This document shows positions 9,906 through 20,863 of a stretch of DNA of 32,000 nucleotides, piece after piece (within the stretch, counting starts at the first letter, position 1; the number at the start of each line of letters is the position of its first letter). The translations under genes and the position numbers were made by a program. A model generated the notes under the pieces. It saw only the letters and a program-made list of their open reading frames with translations, was not told where the DNA came from and did no database searches. Source of the DNA: Wolbachia endosymbiont of Dirofilaria (Dirofilaria) immitis (GTDB lineage Bacteria > Pseudomonadota > Alphaproteobacteria > Rickettsiales > Anaplasmataceae); assembly GCF_013365455.1 (NCBI RefSeq), contig NZ_CP046578.1, positions 630,001 to 662,000 of the forward strand, written 5' to 3'.

Positions 9906-11444
9906 AACTCCTCCCTATTCTATTATAAAAATTTAACCTATCAGTAACACACTTTTTACAGAAAGTAAATAGTAATAGCAAAGTAAGTAAGGTTTACTAT
10001 GCAATCAATCTTTTGTCAGTTTTAAACTGAAACACTTCAGTTAAAGTATATTGAACTTAGAACACACTTTACTATATAATAAAATTAACAAAAAATTTTA
10101 ATAAAATTAGTAAGACTAACTTCATGCTAATATAAGTGCAAAGTGATTTCTTTCGATAGAAATGGTATCAGAACAATCGGTAGGTCCAGTCCTTACTGAT
10201 TTCCTATCAAAAGGCTTAAGGCTTTTTCTCTTTACCGACTAATTGAGCTTCACATAAATTTTCATAGAGGTAGCAATAGTTCTGCCAAAATAATTCTAAA
10301 CGATCCATTGATCATTTCCCAGAATAGACAATACTCAAACTATCACAACCAACAACATCACTAAAGAATTAGTCTAATTTTAATTAATCTAATAAAATGC
10401 CAGGAAAGGCTGAAGTACCAGTTGCAGCAGAAATAACTGGCACGATTATATATTACCAAATAGATAAATGCACTTACAACTTTAAATATTAACCTTCTTA
10501 AATACTTAATTATACCAAGAACTTCAGTATCAGTATAGTACTCTGTATATTTATAATATACGCAGATCAATAGGAACATTTGAAGATATATCACTGCAGT
10601 TTGTGAATTTAGCCACAACATGAGTATACAAGCAAAAATGTACAGCTTAATTCTTTTATCATAGAAAAGGGCACACAAGAAATAAGTGTTTGCTATAACA
10701 TCAACTATTACTTCATAATCTATATTATATCAGCCATTTTAGCAAATCATTTTGATTAATTCCTTGAACTTATCTTTACTAAGAGATTTAAGTTTTAATA
10801 TACTAAAAAGGAGGGGAACCACTAGTTATACTCTGGTAACTCAAAAAGTGATAAATCATCTTGTACTAATAAAAATAATCATCAGCTTACTGATACTAAG
10901 CCATTGCTTGCTAAAATAAATAGTAAAAGATAAAATAAACTTAGAATACTTTTCCAAAATTCAGTTTCACTTGACTATTCTACAGTATAGAAGAAAAACT
11001 CCTTAACTACAAGGACAGCCTTACTTCAATATCAATAAAAAAGAGGCAAAGCAATTAATAATCAATAAGTTAAATGACATTGTAGATTAGAAGAAAGCAT
11101 ATATATTCCCAACACGGCTATCAGGTAAAATGAAGAAAAGGATAGTGTTTGCAAGAACAATTGTACACAATCTAGGAATTATATTCGTTAAAACAACCTT
11201 AGAGTAGATCCATTTTACATCTAATATAGTGAATAAGATAATAATAAAGCTTGTTAAAAGACCATAACCTTATAATTATTACAATTACACATAACATTCA
11301 CAGTACATTTAAAATAGCTATCCTATATAAGGAAGGCACAATCACCTTTCATGGAACTACCTAAGCAATAAAAAATATTAAAAACGGACATACAAAGAAA
11401 CTCATTTGCTATATACAAAGTAAAAAAACTTTCCATCTTATTAC

Positions 11445-11873
11445 TCACTTCCTAGGCATATAATTCTCATCATGCTTTGCAAATACTGTATCTGCAAAAA
11501 AGATTCCATTGTCGAACATTTTACCTTGTACAACAACACCACCTTTTTCTGAAAACATTGGCGGGAGTATTCCTTGATACTTTATCAAAACACTTTTGTT
11601 AAAATCTGTCACCTTAAAGATCACTTCATCCTCACCATATATTACACTATCCTCAACAACCATTCCACCAATACGAATTAGCTTTTGATTATTTGGTAAA
11701 ACTACTGCTTCACTCACTGTATAAAAAAATGAGATATTCTCTTTGAGAGCTATTAAGATAAAAAAAACTACACAATTTAAGAAAAAAGAAATTCCTAAAG
11801 CTATCAGTAATCGCTTATGTTTTTTCTTCATCATTACTTTTAAGGCCCTCCAAAGTTTCCTTACTCTTAACAT
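11445..11873 (-). CDS. ccmE: Cytochrome c-type biogenesis protein (periplasmic heme chaperone) CcmE
   Basis: 142-aa ORF; N-terminal TM segment, 'RIGGMVVEDSV', 'VLIKYQGILPPMFSEKGGVVVQGKM', heme-binding His in 'FAKHDENYMP'. Confidence 0.95.
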   Translation of the reverse strand: MLRVRKLWRALKVMMKKKHKRLLIALGISFFLNCVVFFILIALKENISFFYTVSEAVVLPNNQKLIRIGGMVVEDSVIYGEDEVIFKVTDFNKSVLIKYQGILPPMFSEKGGVVVQGKMFDNGIFFADTVFAKHDENYMPRK

Positions 11874-11948
11874 AGCAAGAAGTAGTAAAAATTAACTCCC
11901 CAGCAATTAATACAAAACTAATTAGGTAAGCAAAAACTACATATGCAT

Positions 11949-12740
11949 TCATAACGTACTACCAACAAACAACTCACCTGCATCAAAATAAATCAAGCTT
12001 CCATCTCCTTTCTGTAACATCAATCTACCACTTTTATCTATATCAATAAAGATCCCTTTGTGCAACTTGCCAGCTAACTTTACGCTAATTTGCTTGTTCA
12101 TTTTAAATGCTTTTTCCAACCACATTTTTCTTATAGCACAAAACCCATCAAATATCCATTTTTTCCTTAATCTATTAAAATGTATTATTATTTTTTTTAA
12201 TAGATCTATATTAGACAAAGATCCACCGTAACTATCAACACATGTTGTCCATGAAAATGGTGCATAATTAATGTTAATTCCAATTCCTATAACCAACCAA
12301 TTCGAATTGGATTTTTTTTCAAGTAATATTCCACTTATTTTCCTACCATCTACCAAAATGTCATTTGGCCACTTATATTGAATATTACCATCACCTATAG
12401 ATGATAACAACGTATCACCAACAGCAAGAGCAGTGACAAAAGTCAATTCTGTTAATTTACTCAAATTCTCTCTATTATCCCAACATGCAATATTAGAATT
12501 CACTATCGGAGCGGCATCAGTATAATTATATAAAAAATCTATGATTAAACTCACATAAAAATTACCTTCTGGAGAGATCCAGCTTCTACCAGTGCGCCCT
12601 CTACCATCTGTTTGTTTATCAGCAACAATGATAGTTTCATCTAATACCCCTTTATCAATTAAGTCCAATGCTTTTCCATTAGTGCTATAAACTTCTTTAT
12701 AATGATAAATATGAAAACCCTCAAATGTTTCAGGGATCAC
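11949..12740 (-). CDS. birA: Biotin--[acetyl-CoA-carboxylase] ligase
   Basis: 'DKQTDGRGRTGRSWISPEGNFYVSLI', 'IQYKWPNDILVDGRKISGILLE', 'IGIGININY'. Confidence 0.92.
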   Translation of the reverse strand: MIPETFEGFHIYHYKEVYSTNGKALDLIDKGVLDETIIVADKQTDGRGRTGRSWISPEGNFYVSLIIDFLYNYTDAAPIVNSNIACWDNRENLSKLTELTFVTALAVGDTLLSSIGDGNIQYKWPNDILVDGRKISGILLEKKSNSNWLVIGIGININYAPFSWTTCVDSYGGSLSNIDLLKKIIIHFNRLRKKWIFDGFCAIRKMWLEKAFKMNKQISVKLAGKLHKGIFIDIDKSGRLMLQKGDGSLIYFDAGELFVGSTL

Positions 12741-12741
12741 T

Positions 12742-14136
12742 TTATAACCCTTTAGTTACTAAATAAATTAACGAGTACAAATTTTCTACATACATAAAAA
12801 GAACAATATTGATTAAGGAAGCTACTGAAGTAATAATCAATAAACCCTTAGAATAAATAACCCTACTACTGCTAGCCTTATCAAAATATATAGCTTTTAT
12901 AATATTTAGGTAGTAGTACCATGATACAATACCTGCTACTACGAAGATCAAAGACAGACCGATAAAACCTGAATTTATTAAACTCCTAAATATAAAAAGT
13001 TTAGCTAAAAACCCCCCAAGTGGCGGCATCCCTGCCATTGAAAGTAATAGTACAGAAAGATGAAAAGCCAAAATTGGGTGTTTTTTCCCAATACCAGATA
13101 AATTAGCAACATTACAATTGTCATCATCAATTTGTATAAAACATGAGAACAACCCTATACTTGTAATAATATATATTACTAAATACATTAAGGAACTATT
13201 TATTCCCATCTGTGTAAAGATGGAAAGTGAAACAACCATGAAACCAACATGACCAATTGAACTATAAGCAAGCAGCCTTTTTAGATTTCTTTGGCGCAAA
13301 GCCCCAAAAGCGGAGACAAGAACAGATAATGCCGAAAAGCATAAGAGAATAGGTTGAACATAACTTTTTATATCTATCAACTCTTCATTCATTAACCGAA
13401 TTAAAAATGTTATAAGTGCAGCCTTTGGAGCAGTAGAAAAAAACATGGTTACTATAGTTGGCGCACCTTGATATACATCTGGAGCCCACATATGAAAAGG
13501 AACAATAGCAAGTTTAAAACATAAACCAATAAGGACAAAGACTAAACCAAAAACTATTCCGTAAGTTACTTGATGATTTTGCATAAATAAACTTAACTGA
13601 GAAAAATCGATTTTTCCTGTATATCCATAAAGCAGCGACATTCCATACAGCATAATACAAGAAGATAGTGAACTGAGCGTAAAATATTTTACGCCTGCTT
13701 CACATGAATACGCTGAATTTTTATTAAAGCTTGCAAGGATATATAAAGATATACTCATCAGTTCAAAAGCCAAATAAAAAGAAATTAAACTATTTGTCGA
13801 AACTAAAGTTATCATGCCAAATAGTGCAAAAAGAACCAGTACTGAAAACTCATATTTGTAGTCATATTTTGATAAATCCAGAAGTAAAAGTACTAAAATT
13901 CCTATGATAAGGATTAGCCCTTGGGCTGATTTGACATACAAATTAAGCTTTAACAACGAATTAAAGAAGAAAATTTCATTATTTTCTACTGAAAGAATTA
14001 AAATCATTAAAGTTGCCGCTGTACAACTAAGTGCTAGTAAATTAATAACGCGACGGCTAAGCACAATTCCAAGTAGCAGCAACACTAAGGAGGAGATAAT
14101 AGAAAAAGCTTCTGGCAACACCTGTATGTAATTCAT
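12742..14136 (-). CDS. nuoN: NADH-quinone oxidoreductase subunit N
   Basis: 464-aa multi-TM protein with NuoN motifs ('KLAIVPFHMWAPDVYQGAPT', 'LKRLLAYSSIGHVGF'); position after nuoM. Confidence 0.95.
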   Translation of the reverse strand: MNYIQVLPEAFSIISSLVLLLLGIVLSRRVINLLALSCTAATLMILILSVENNEIFFFNSLLKLNLYVKSAQGLILIIGILVLLLLDLSKYDYKYEFSVLVLFALFGMITLVSTNSLISFYLAFELMSISLYILASFNKNSAYSCEAGVKYFTLSSLSSCIMLYGMSLLYGYTGKIDFSQLSLFMQNHQVTYGIVFGLVFVLIGLCFKLAIVPFHMWAPDVYQGAPTIVTMFFSTAPKAALITFLIRLMNEELIDIKSYVQPILLCFSALSVLVSAFGALRQRNLKRLLAYSSIGHVGFMVVSLSIFTQMGINSSLMYLVIYIITSIGLFSCFIQIDDDNCNVANLSGIGKKHPILAFHLSVLLLSMAGMPPLGGFLAKLFIFRSLINSGFIGLSLIFVVAGIVSWYYYLNIIKAIYFDKASSSRVIYSKGLLIITSVASLINIVLFMYVENLYSLIYLVTKGL

Positions 14137-15569
14137 AGAGTATTATATTTAACTAATAAATTTACCATACACGGCTTCAAATAATTTAGTGCAAAAGTTG
14201 GATAAAATCCAAGCAAAATAATGAACACTGAGAGTAAAATCAAGATAGAAAACTCTATACTATCTAGGTGATTATTCAGCAATTTAGAATAGTTACCACC
14301 CCATATTATTTGCTTGCATAAGTTCAACATATAAACTGCACTCAAAACAGTACCAAGTGCAATAAACCCTGTAAAAAATCTTATACTTTTAAACATCCCA
14401 ATCATAACTAAAAACTCACCTATAAATCCCGATGTTCCAGGTAATCCTATTGAAGCCATTGAAAATAAAATGAACATGAAACCAAACTTTGGCAAAGTGT
14501 TTATTATGCCAAAACACTTTGCAATTTCCATAGTTTTAGTCCTAGTATATAGTATCCCCACACATAAAAATAAAGCAGCGGAAATAAGACCATGACTAAT
14601 CATTTGGAATATAGCACCAAGTATACTTTCTTCGTAAAACGAAAAGAGACCAGCAGTAACAATCCCCATATGTGCTATCGAGGAATAAGCTATTAACTTT
14701 TTTATATCATCTTGAACAAACGCAACTAGTGCAGTATAGATTCCTGTAATAATGCTAAGTATAATAACAAAATTTGAAAAATACAAACTTGCCTGAGGAA
14801 GCATTGGAATAGAGAATCTTAAAAAACCGTATCCCCCCATTTTAATAAGCAAACCAGCTAAAACTACAGACCCAGAAGTTGGCGATTGCACATGCGCGTC
14901 AGGAAGCCAAGTGTGAAATGGAAACATCGGCACTTTTATTGCAAAAGAAACAAAAAATGCGATCCATAACAATGATTGCACTCTAAAATCAAGGCCTGGC
15001 ATTAATGAGGCTAGTTTCTGCATGTCACACGTCCCAAAAACACTATAAATATATACTAACCCAAGCAGAAACAACAGTGAGCCAGTAAGTGTATAGAGAA
15101 ATAACTTAAATGTTGCATATACCCTGTATTCCCCACCCCAGATGCCAATAATAAAGAACATTGGTACTAAAACAGCCTCAAAGAATACATAAAAACTTAT
15201 AGCGTTTAGTGAAATAAAGAAACCAATTATAAAACTTTCAAGTAGTAAAAATAACGCCATATATGCCTTTAGAGCCTTATAACTCATTTTACAATTATAG
15301 AGCATACAGATACTAAATAAGAAAGTTGTGAGTAGAAGAAAAAATAATGATATACCATCTACCCCTATTCCTACATCTCTAATTGGATAGCTTACAAACT
15401 GAAAACCTGCATTGGTATAATCAAATTCTATGCAAGCTACAATACTAAACAAAAATGGAAGTATCACAAAAAGCAAGGCAAGGGACCTTAGAGACTGATG
15501 ATGAACCCTAATTAGAGATAAAACTAATGCTCCCATTAATGGAAGTAAGAATATACTAAGTAATAACAC
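14133..15569 (-). CDS. nuoM: NADH-quinone oxidoreductase subunit M
   Basis: 'AIKVPMFPFHTWLPDAHVQSPTSGSVVLAGLLIKMGGYG', 'DDIKKLIAYSSIAHMG'; overlaps nuoN by 4 nt. Confidence 0.96.
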   Translation of the reverse strand: MLLLSIFLLPLMGALVLSLIRVHHQSLRSLALLFVILPFLFSIVACIEFDYTNAGFQFVSYPIRDVGIGVDGISLFFLLLTTFLFSICMLYNCKMSYKALKAYMALFLLLESFIIGFFISLNAISFYVFFEAVLVPMFFIIGIWGGEYRVYATFKLFLYTLTGSLLFLLGLVYIYSVFGTCDMQKLASLMPGLDFRVQSLLWIAFFVSFAIKVPMFPFHTWLPDAHVQSPTSGSVVLAGLLIKMGGYGFLRFSIPMLPQASLYFSNFVIILSIITGIYTALVAFVQDDIKKLIAYSSIAHMGIVTAGLFSFYEESILGAIFQMISHGLISAALFLCVGILYTRTKTMEIAKCFGIINTLPKFGFMFILFSMASIGLPGTSGFIGEFLVMIGMFKSIRFFTGFIALGTVLSAVYMLNLCKQIIWGGNYSKLLNNHLDSIEFSILILLSVFIILLGFYPTFALNYLKPCMVNLLVKYNTL

Positions 15570-15572
15570 TTT

Positions 15573-17429
15573 TTATAGAATTCCAATAATATACAAAGCA
15601 CCGCTTATTAAAGCAACAAACATAATAAACGCATAATCAAATATATAGCCAGTTTGTAACTTTATAAAATTCTTCGAACATTCATTAACTAATCTTACAA
15701 CACCGTTTGGTCCAAACGAATCAATAGTCCTAACATCAAACTTGTATAGAAGCTTAGATATAACCTTAGTCGGTACAATTATAAAAAATTCATATATCTC
15801 ATCAAAATACCATTTATTCTGTAGAAATTTAAGTAAAAACTCACTTTTAATCTGGTTAATTACCTGATAATAATAAATTAAGAATGAAAGCAATATCCCA
15901 CTCAAGCTTACTAAGGTCGGCAGTAGCCTTATAAAGGCATTATGAATTTCATAAGTATCAGCAACTACTAAGCTTGATTTCCAAAATACATCACTAGTTA
16001 TATCTAAAATCTTTACTCCCCATATACCAGAAAATACCGACCCAAAAGTAAGTATTAATAGGGGTATAAGCATAACTATCGGTACTTCATATATATCGAT
16101 CTTACTTTGTTTTTGACTATGAAATACAAGAAGTAATACTCTCCAAGAGTAAAATGCTGTAAAGAATACAACAACCAAACTCATTACAAAGGCAAAACTG
16201 TCTATACTATAAGCATGTTCAATTATTAAATCCTTTGAATAGAAACCTGCAAATGGAAATATCCCAGAAAGCGAAAGAGATCCAATCCACATAGAAGCAT
16301 AAGTATAAGGGATTTTCTTCCAGCAATTTCCTATCTTTTGAATATTTTGTTCATAGTTCATTACACGAATCACATTACCTGCACCAAGAAACAACAAAGC
16401 TTTTAAAAAAGCGTGTGTCATCAGATGAAAAACAGCAATATTGTAAGCAGAAAGACCGCACGCTATAAACATATAACCAAGCTGGCTGCAAGTTGAGTAA
16501 GCAATTATCTTCTTTATATCATTCTGAGTAATCGCAACAGTGGCTGCAAAAAAAGCAGTAAGCGTACCAACAATAATTATTAATTCTCTTGCTACACCTG
16601 ATAGTTCAAACAATAGAGAACATCTTGCTACTAAAAATACACCTGCTGTTACCATCGTTGCAGCATGAATAAGCGCAGAAACAGGGGTTGGCCCTTCCAT
16701 TGCATCTGGTAGCCAAACATGTAGGCCAAGCTGAGCAGACTTTCCCATACAACCAACAAAAAGCAATACACATATTATATCAATAATTTTAAATTCACAG
16801 CAAAATGCCCTAATTTTCCTTATACTAAGAAGACTAGCTGTATTAAAAATTTCAGTAAATTTCAAAGAATGAAATGTATAATAAATAAGAAAAATTCCAA
16901 TCAATAGTGCAAAGTCTCCTACTCTATTTATAACGAATGCCTTAAGTGCCGCACTATTCGCAGAATACTTTTCAAACCAAAATCCTATAAGCAAATAAGA
17001 GCATAAACCAACCCCTTCCCAACCAAAGAAAAGCTGTACAAAATTATCACTTACAACCAACACAATCATACAAAACGTAAATAGCGACAAATAAGAGAAG
17101 AACCTCGACTTTCCTCTATCGTGTTCCATATAACCAATAGAGTAGAGGTGAACTACTAGCGAAATAGTGGTAACAATAACTAACATTAAAGATGAAAGAG
17201 TATCCACACTAATTGCCCAATTTACTTTTAACTCACTCAATGAAAGTAGAGGAAATAAACTTAAGTGGTAATTTTTAGAAAAAGTAAGAAAAACATACCA
17301 AGATAAAACCGCAGATATTCCAACCCCTACGGTTGTAATTAACTGACTTAAAATACTTTTCCTAAGAAGAGCTACAAATAATGAACTAAAAAGTGGCAAA
17401 AACACTATTAACTTTAGCACATTCATCAT
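15573..17429 (-). CDS. nuoL: NADH-quinone oxidoreductase subunit L
   Basis: 'FFGWEGVGLCSYLLIGFWF', 'LHVWLPDAMEGPTPVSALIHAATMVTAGVFLVARCS', 'QNDIKKIIAYSTCSQLGYM'. Confidence 0.97.
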   Translation of the reverse strand: MMNVLKLIVFLPLFSSLFVALLRKSILSQLITTVGVGISAVLSWYVFLTFSKNYHLSLFPLLSLSELKVNWAISVDTLSSLMLVIVTTISLVVHLYSIGYMEHDRGKSRFFSYLSLFTFCMIVLVVSDNFVQLFFGWEGVGLCSYLLIGFWFEKYSANSAALKAFVINRVGDFALLIGIFLIYYTFHSLKFTEIFNTASLLSIRKIRAFCCEFKIIDIICVLLFVGCMGKSAQLGLHVWLPDAMEGPTPVSALIHAATMVTAGVFLVARCSLLFELSGVARELIIIVGTLTAFFAATVAITQNDIKKIIAYSTCSQLGYMFIACGLSAYNIAVFHLMTHAFLKALLFLGAGNVIRVMNYEQNIQKIGNCWKKIPYTYASMWIGSLSLSGIFPFAGFYSKDLIIEHAYSIDSFAFVMSLVVVFFTAFYSWRVLLLVFHSQKQSKIDIYEVPIVMLIPLLILTFGSVFSGIWGVKILDITSDVFWKSSLVVADTYEIHNAFIRLLPTLVSLSGILLSFLIYYYQVINQIKSEFLLKFLQNKWYFDEIYEFFIIVPTKVISKLLYKFDVRTIDSFGPNGVVRLVNECSKNFIKLQTGYIFDYAFIMFVALISGALYIIGIL

Positions 17430-17433
17430 ATTT

Positions 17434-17742
17434 TTACTCCTTCATTAAGTTTGCCTGTTCAACATCTATGTTGCCCTTGTTTCTATAATATACAACTAAT
17501 ATTGCAAGTCCTACTCCTGACTCAGACGCTGCAACAGTTAACACAAACATGACAAAAATTTGCCCAATTACATCATTCATAAAAACAGAAAAAGCTACTA
17601 GATTGATATTAATTGCTAATAATAATACTTCTACTGATAACAATATGTTGATTATGCTCTTACGGTTAATGAAAATACCACACACTCCAATAGTGAATAA
17701 AATAGCAGCAACAACCAAGAAATGATTTAATCCTATTTCCAC
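17434..17742 (-). CDS. nuoK: NADH-quinone oxidoreductase subunit K
   Basis: 102 aa, '[38 protein letters not shown]', '[15 protein letters not shown]'. Confidence 0.96.
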   Translation of the reverse strand: MEIGLNHFLVVAAILFTIGVCGIFINRKSIINILLSVEVLLLAININLVAFSVFMNDVIGQIFVMFVLTVAASESGVGLAILVVYYRNKGNIDVEQANLMKE

Positions 17743-18347
17743 TTCACTCCTTTTCCAAATTTAGCTTTAACCAACCTTACAGATGAGGATTGCGTCAATT
17801 GCTTCAATATATCTTGCCTTTTAATTCCTCTTTTCCTGTCTTGCAAAGCAAGAGCAATTGTGCCTACAATTGCAGTAAGTAGCAGAACACCAGAAAGGTG
17901 AAAAGCATACATATAATCAGTGTACAGCAAATCACCTATAGCCTTCACATTATTTGTGCTATAATTTATAATATTATTTATATTAAGCGCTGAGCTACGG
18001 ATTACAAAGCTAATAATTAGAAAAAACATAACAGACAATATAGTGCTGAGAACTAAATGTTTCGTAAAACCCTGACGCAGTTTTATATAGTCAATATCAA
18101 GCATCATAACTACAAAAAGAAATAACACTGCAACTGCACCTATGTATACTATTAGTATTACCATAGCAATAAACTCAGCTCCAAGAAGAATAAAAAGAAC
18201 TGCAGAGTGAATAAAGGTGAAAATTAAAAATAACACTGCATGTACAGGATTTCTTACACTAATAACACAAACAGCAGATAAAATACTAAGAATTGCAAAA
18301 AGATAAAAGAAAAAAGCCATTAATACTTTAATTGCAATAATATTCAC
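17733..18347 (-). CDS. nuoJ: NADH-quinone oxidoreductase subunit J
   Basis: 204 aa, '[53 protein letters not shown]'; overlaps nuoK by 10 nt. Confidence 0.96.
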   Translation of the reverse strand: MNIIAIKVLMAFFFYLFAILSILSAVCVISVRNPVHAVLFLIFTFIHSAVLFILLGAEFIAMVILIVYIGAVAVLFLFVVMMLDIDYIKLRQGFTKHLVLSTILSVMFFLIISFVIRSSALNINNIINYSTNNVKAIGDLLYTDYMYAFHLSGVLLLTAIVGTIALALQDRKRGIKRQDILKQLTQSSSVRLVKAKFGKGVKWK

Positions 18348-19000
18348 TAATTTAAAATAACTATTGTTATGAAGTCAATAAACTTCTCGCATAGCATAGT
18401 AGTGTATTAGAGGTCCAACAGAAATTACTTAACAAATTCTGCCAGCTCTTTTATCATGGTGTAGAAGCTATTTCATTCAACCTCCAAACTTAGCAGATTA
18501 AAATAGTAAAAAAAGTTTTTATTTGACACATTATCGTTTAATTTTTTGTACTATATATCCTTATATACCTTTACAAACTCTCCTAGGTTCCAGGCCTTTA
18601 TTTATATAAACTGAAAAATAAACTCACAAAGTGCTCAAGACATTATTTATAATGTCAAATTAAAAATAAAGAATAAATAATTAGCCTTACAGGTTTTCTT
18701 TATTTTCTTTTCTGTTTGATAAATTTTTAAAGTATTAACAAATAAAGTAGCACTAGCAACCTTCACCTGGTGCTTGTTAACGCCATAATGGTATAAGATT
18801 ATGCTGTTTTTATACTTACCAAATCAGTTCATCTATAAGCAAGCAAACTACTCTAGATACCTCTAGTAATTTAACTAATTTTAGCCAAATACTCGATTTG
18901 GTATGACATGAGATAAATTTTAAAATAATAACTTAATAGCATTATAACTAACATTGAGAATATATTCCATATTTAAAATATGGAATATATTCTCAGCTAA

Positions 19001-20863
19001 TCAGAAAGAAAACCTTATACCAGTAAGAAAGAGCAGCCCTTGATTAGGTGCAGCAGTATACTTCTCTTTGTACCCTTTATCATCAGTCATAAAATAATGA
19101 AGGACCGCATAAGGGATAAACTTACTTTTACTGCAAGTAGAAGAGAGATCATATTGAACACCAAGTGCAATATCATAAAGCTTATTTCCGTTACCTGTTT
19201 TACTACCAAAGTAAGTCAAACTTGTGTAGAGGTTATCATACTGATAACTAGTACCTGCAGTCCAATACATAGTGCTTTTATCATCTCCTTCAAATTGAGC
19301 CCCCAACCCTTCCATTTTTTCTCTATTACCACCAATAAAACCGTTAATCTCAATTTTCTGATAGTTACCATCAATTAACTTTTTAATATTCTTCGGTTGA
19401 TCAGATTCGCCTAAATATGCAAAGGACGCAGCAAATTTCACGCTTTCATCCTCGTTAATTTTATAGTCAGCACTTACACCTAAATTAACGCCTACTAGAT
19501 TATCATATTCTATATATTCATTATAAAAGAGTTGAGCTTCATCTAGTTGTTTCGGTAAACCATATTCACCAACTACAGAAGTTTTAACTTTCATATTATA
19601 TTTACTAAAATCATATTCATACGATACACCAGCGCTTACTATATGCTCATAATCTGGACCGATATGTCTTTTATTCTCTACAATAAATAAATTACTACCA
19701 TAGCGAGGTGAGTAGCCAATACCAAATTTTGCACCCATATAATTCGGTGAGTAGTAAGCAACTCTAAACGGCAGTGTAGTCATAATATCTTTATGGTATT
19801 TTCCTGCCATATAGAAAGAGAACATTTCGCTTCCACTTGAGAAACTTTCAGTGTGAAGGCGTGGTGTCACATAAAATGGAAAATTTTTACTAATCCCTTC
19901 TAAGTTTACTTTTCTAAACCAGTTGCTATCTGCAGCTCCATCAACGGTCGCAATTCTCGTTGCATCAAGCCTCATTAAAGCTTCAGGACCAAATTGATAA
20001 CCAAGTTTTAAGTCACCATATTTTGAATTCAAAAACAAATGTGCACTTCTACCTCTTACCAAATTAATACCCTGTGAAGCCCCTTTACCTTCAGTAATTG
20101 GAACTTGGAGCTGGACATCAGCACCATAAAGAACTCCTAAATCCTCATTTTTATTTTCTGCCTTTAAATGCAACATTGCATCTGTAATCATGCCTATATC
20201 ATTACTATAATCACTAATATTTTCTATCTGCCCAAATATTGGATGTAACCCTGTCACCTGATTATAAGGATCAGTATAGCAACTTACCATATTATTATAA
20301 CACCTATAATCTTCACCACTTGGCCCCGCTTTCCCATAACCTTGGGCATCAACAACACCACCAAAAGTTATTCTCACACCACTTTTCCCTTGGCTGGTAT
20401 TAATGATATCAACTCCACTAATCGAAACGACAGGGCTTACCTTTTCTTTCTCCCCTATATGCTGATTAATAACTTTTACATTATCTTTTGTAACTTCAGC
20501 TTCAGTTTTAGTCTTCTTAGCTCTATAACTTTCTAAATTAGAACTCTTAACATCATTTAGAACTCTTGCTTCTTTCTCATTTACTAGCTTTTCCTTTTTC
20601 CTTTCAGCTGCTAGCTTTAACTCCTCTTTCTTCTTAAGTTCTTCAGCTTTCTTTTTTGGATCAGCATTACATATCCGATCCATTTTCTCCTTCAGTTTTT
20701 TATTTGATGTTTTCATAACTTCTATTTTGCCAGAAGTTGTTGTACTCTCTTGCTTTTTCACTTCCTTCATATTTTCATTAGAAAAGTCAGCAGCAAAACT
20801 ACTGAAAGAACATAAAGTTAATAAAGAAACTAGAGCAGTTTTAGCGTAGGTAGATTTTTTCAT
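19001..20863 (-). CDS. Porin-like outer membrane beta-barrel protein with a charged, Lys/Glu-rich N-terminal region
   Basis: 620-aa ORF; signal peptide 'MKKSTYAKTALVSLLTLCSFSSFAAD', Gram-negative-porin-like 'GRSAHLFLNSKYGDLKLGYQFGPEALMRLDA', alternating beta-barrel pattern, C-terminus ending in aromatic Phe. Confidence 0.82.
   Translation of the reverse strand: MKKSTYAKTALVSLLTLCSFSSFAADFSNENMKEVKKQESTTTSGKIEVMKTSNKKLKEKMDRICNADPKKKAEELKKKEELKLAAERKKEKLVNEKEARVLNDVKSSNLESYRAKKTKTEAEVTKDNVKVINQHIGEKEKVSPVVSISGVDIINTSQGKSGVRITFGGVVDAQGYGKAGPSGEDYRCYNNMVSCYTDPYNQVTGLHPIFGQIENISDYSNDIGMITDAMLHLKAENKNEDLGVLYGADVQLQVPITEGKGASQGINLVRGRSAHLFLNSKYGDLKLGYQFGPEALMRLDATRIATVDGAADSNWFRKVNLEGISKNFPFYVTPRLHTESFSSGSEMFSFYMAGKYHKDIMTTLPFRVAYYSPNYMGAKFGIGYSPRYGSNLFIVENKRHIGPDYEHIVSAGVSYEYDFSKYNMKVKTSVVGEYGLPKQLDEAQLFYNEYIEYDNLVGVNLGVSADYKINEDESVKFAASFAYLGESDQPKNIKKLIDGNYQKIEINGFIGGNREKMEGLGAQFEGDDKSTMYWTAGTSYQYDNLYTSLTYFGSKTGNGNKLYDIALGVQYDLSSTCSKSKFIPYAVLHYFMTDDKGYKEKYTAAPNQGLLFLTGIRFSF

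Noticed and set aside
10361-10678. 105-aa minus-strand ORF in the rpmF-ccmE gap
   Set aside because: Ile/Tyr/Leu-rich, no recognisable motif, lies in AT-rich noncoding DNA; probably chance.
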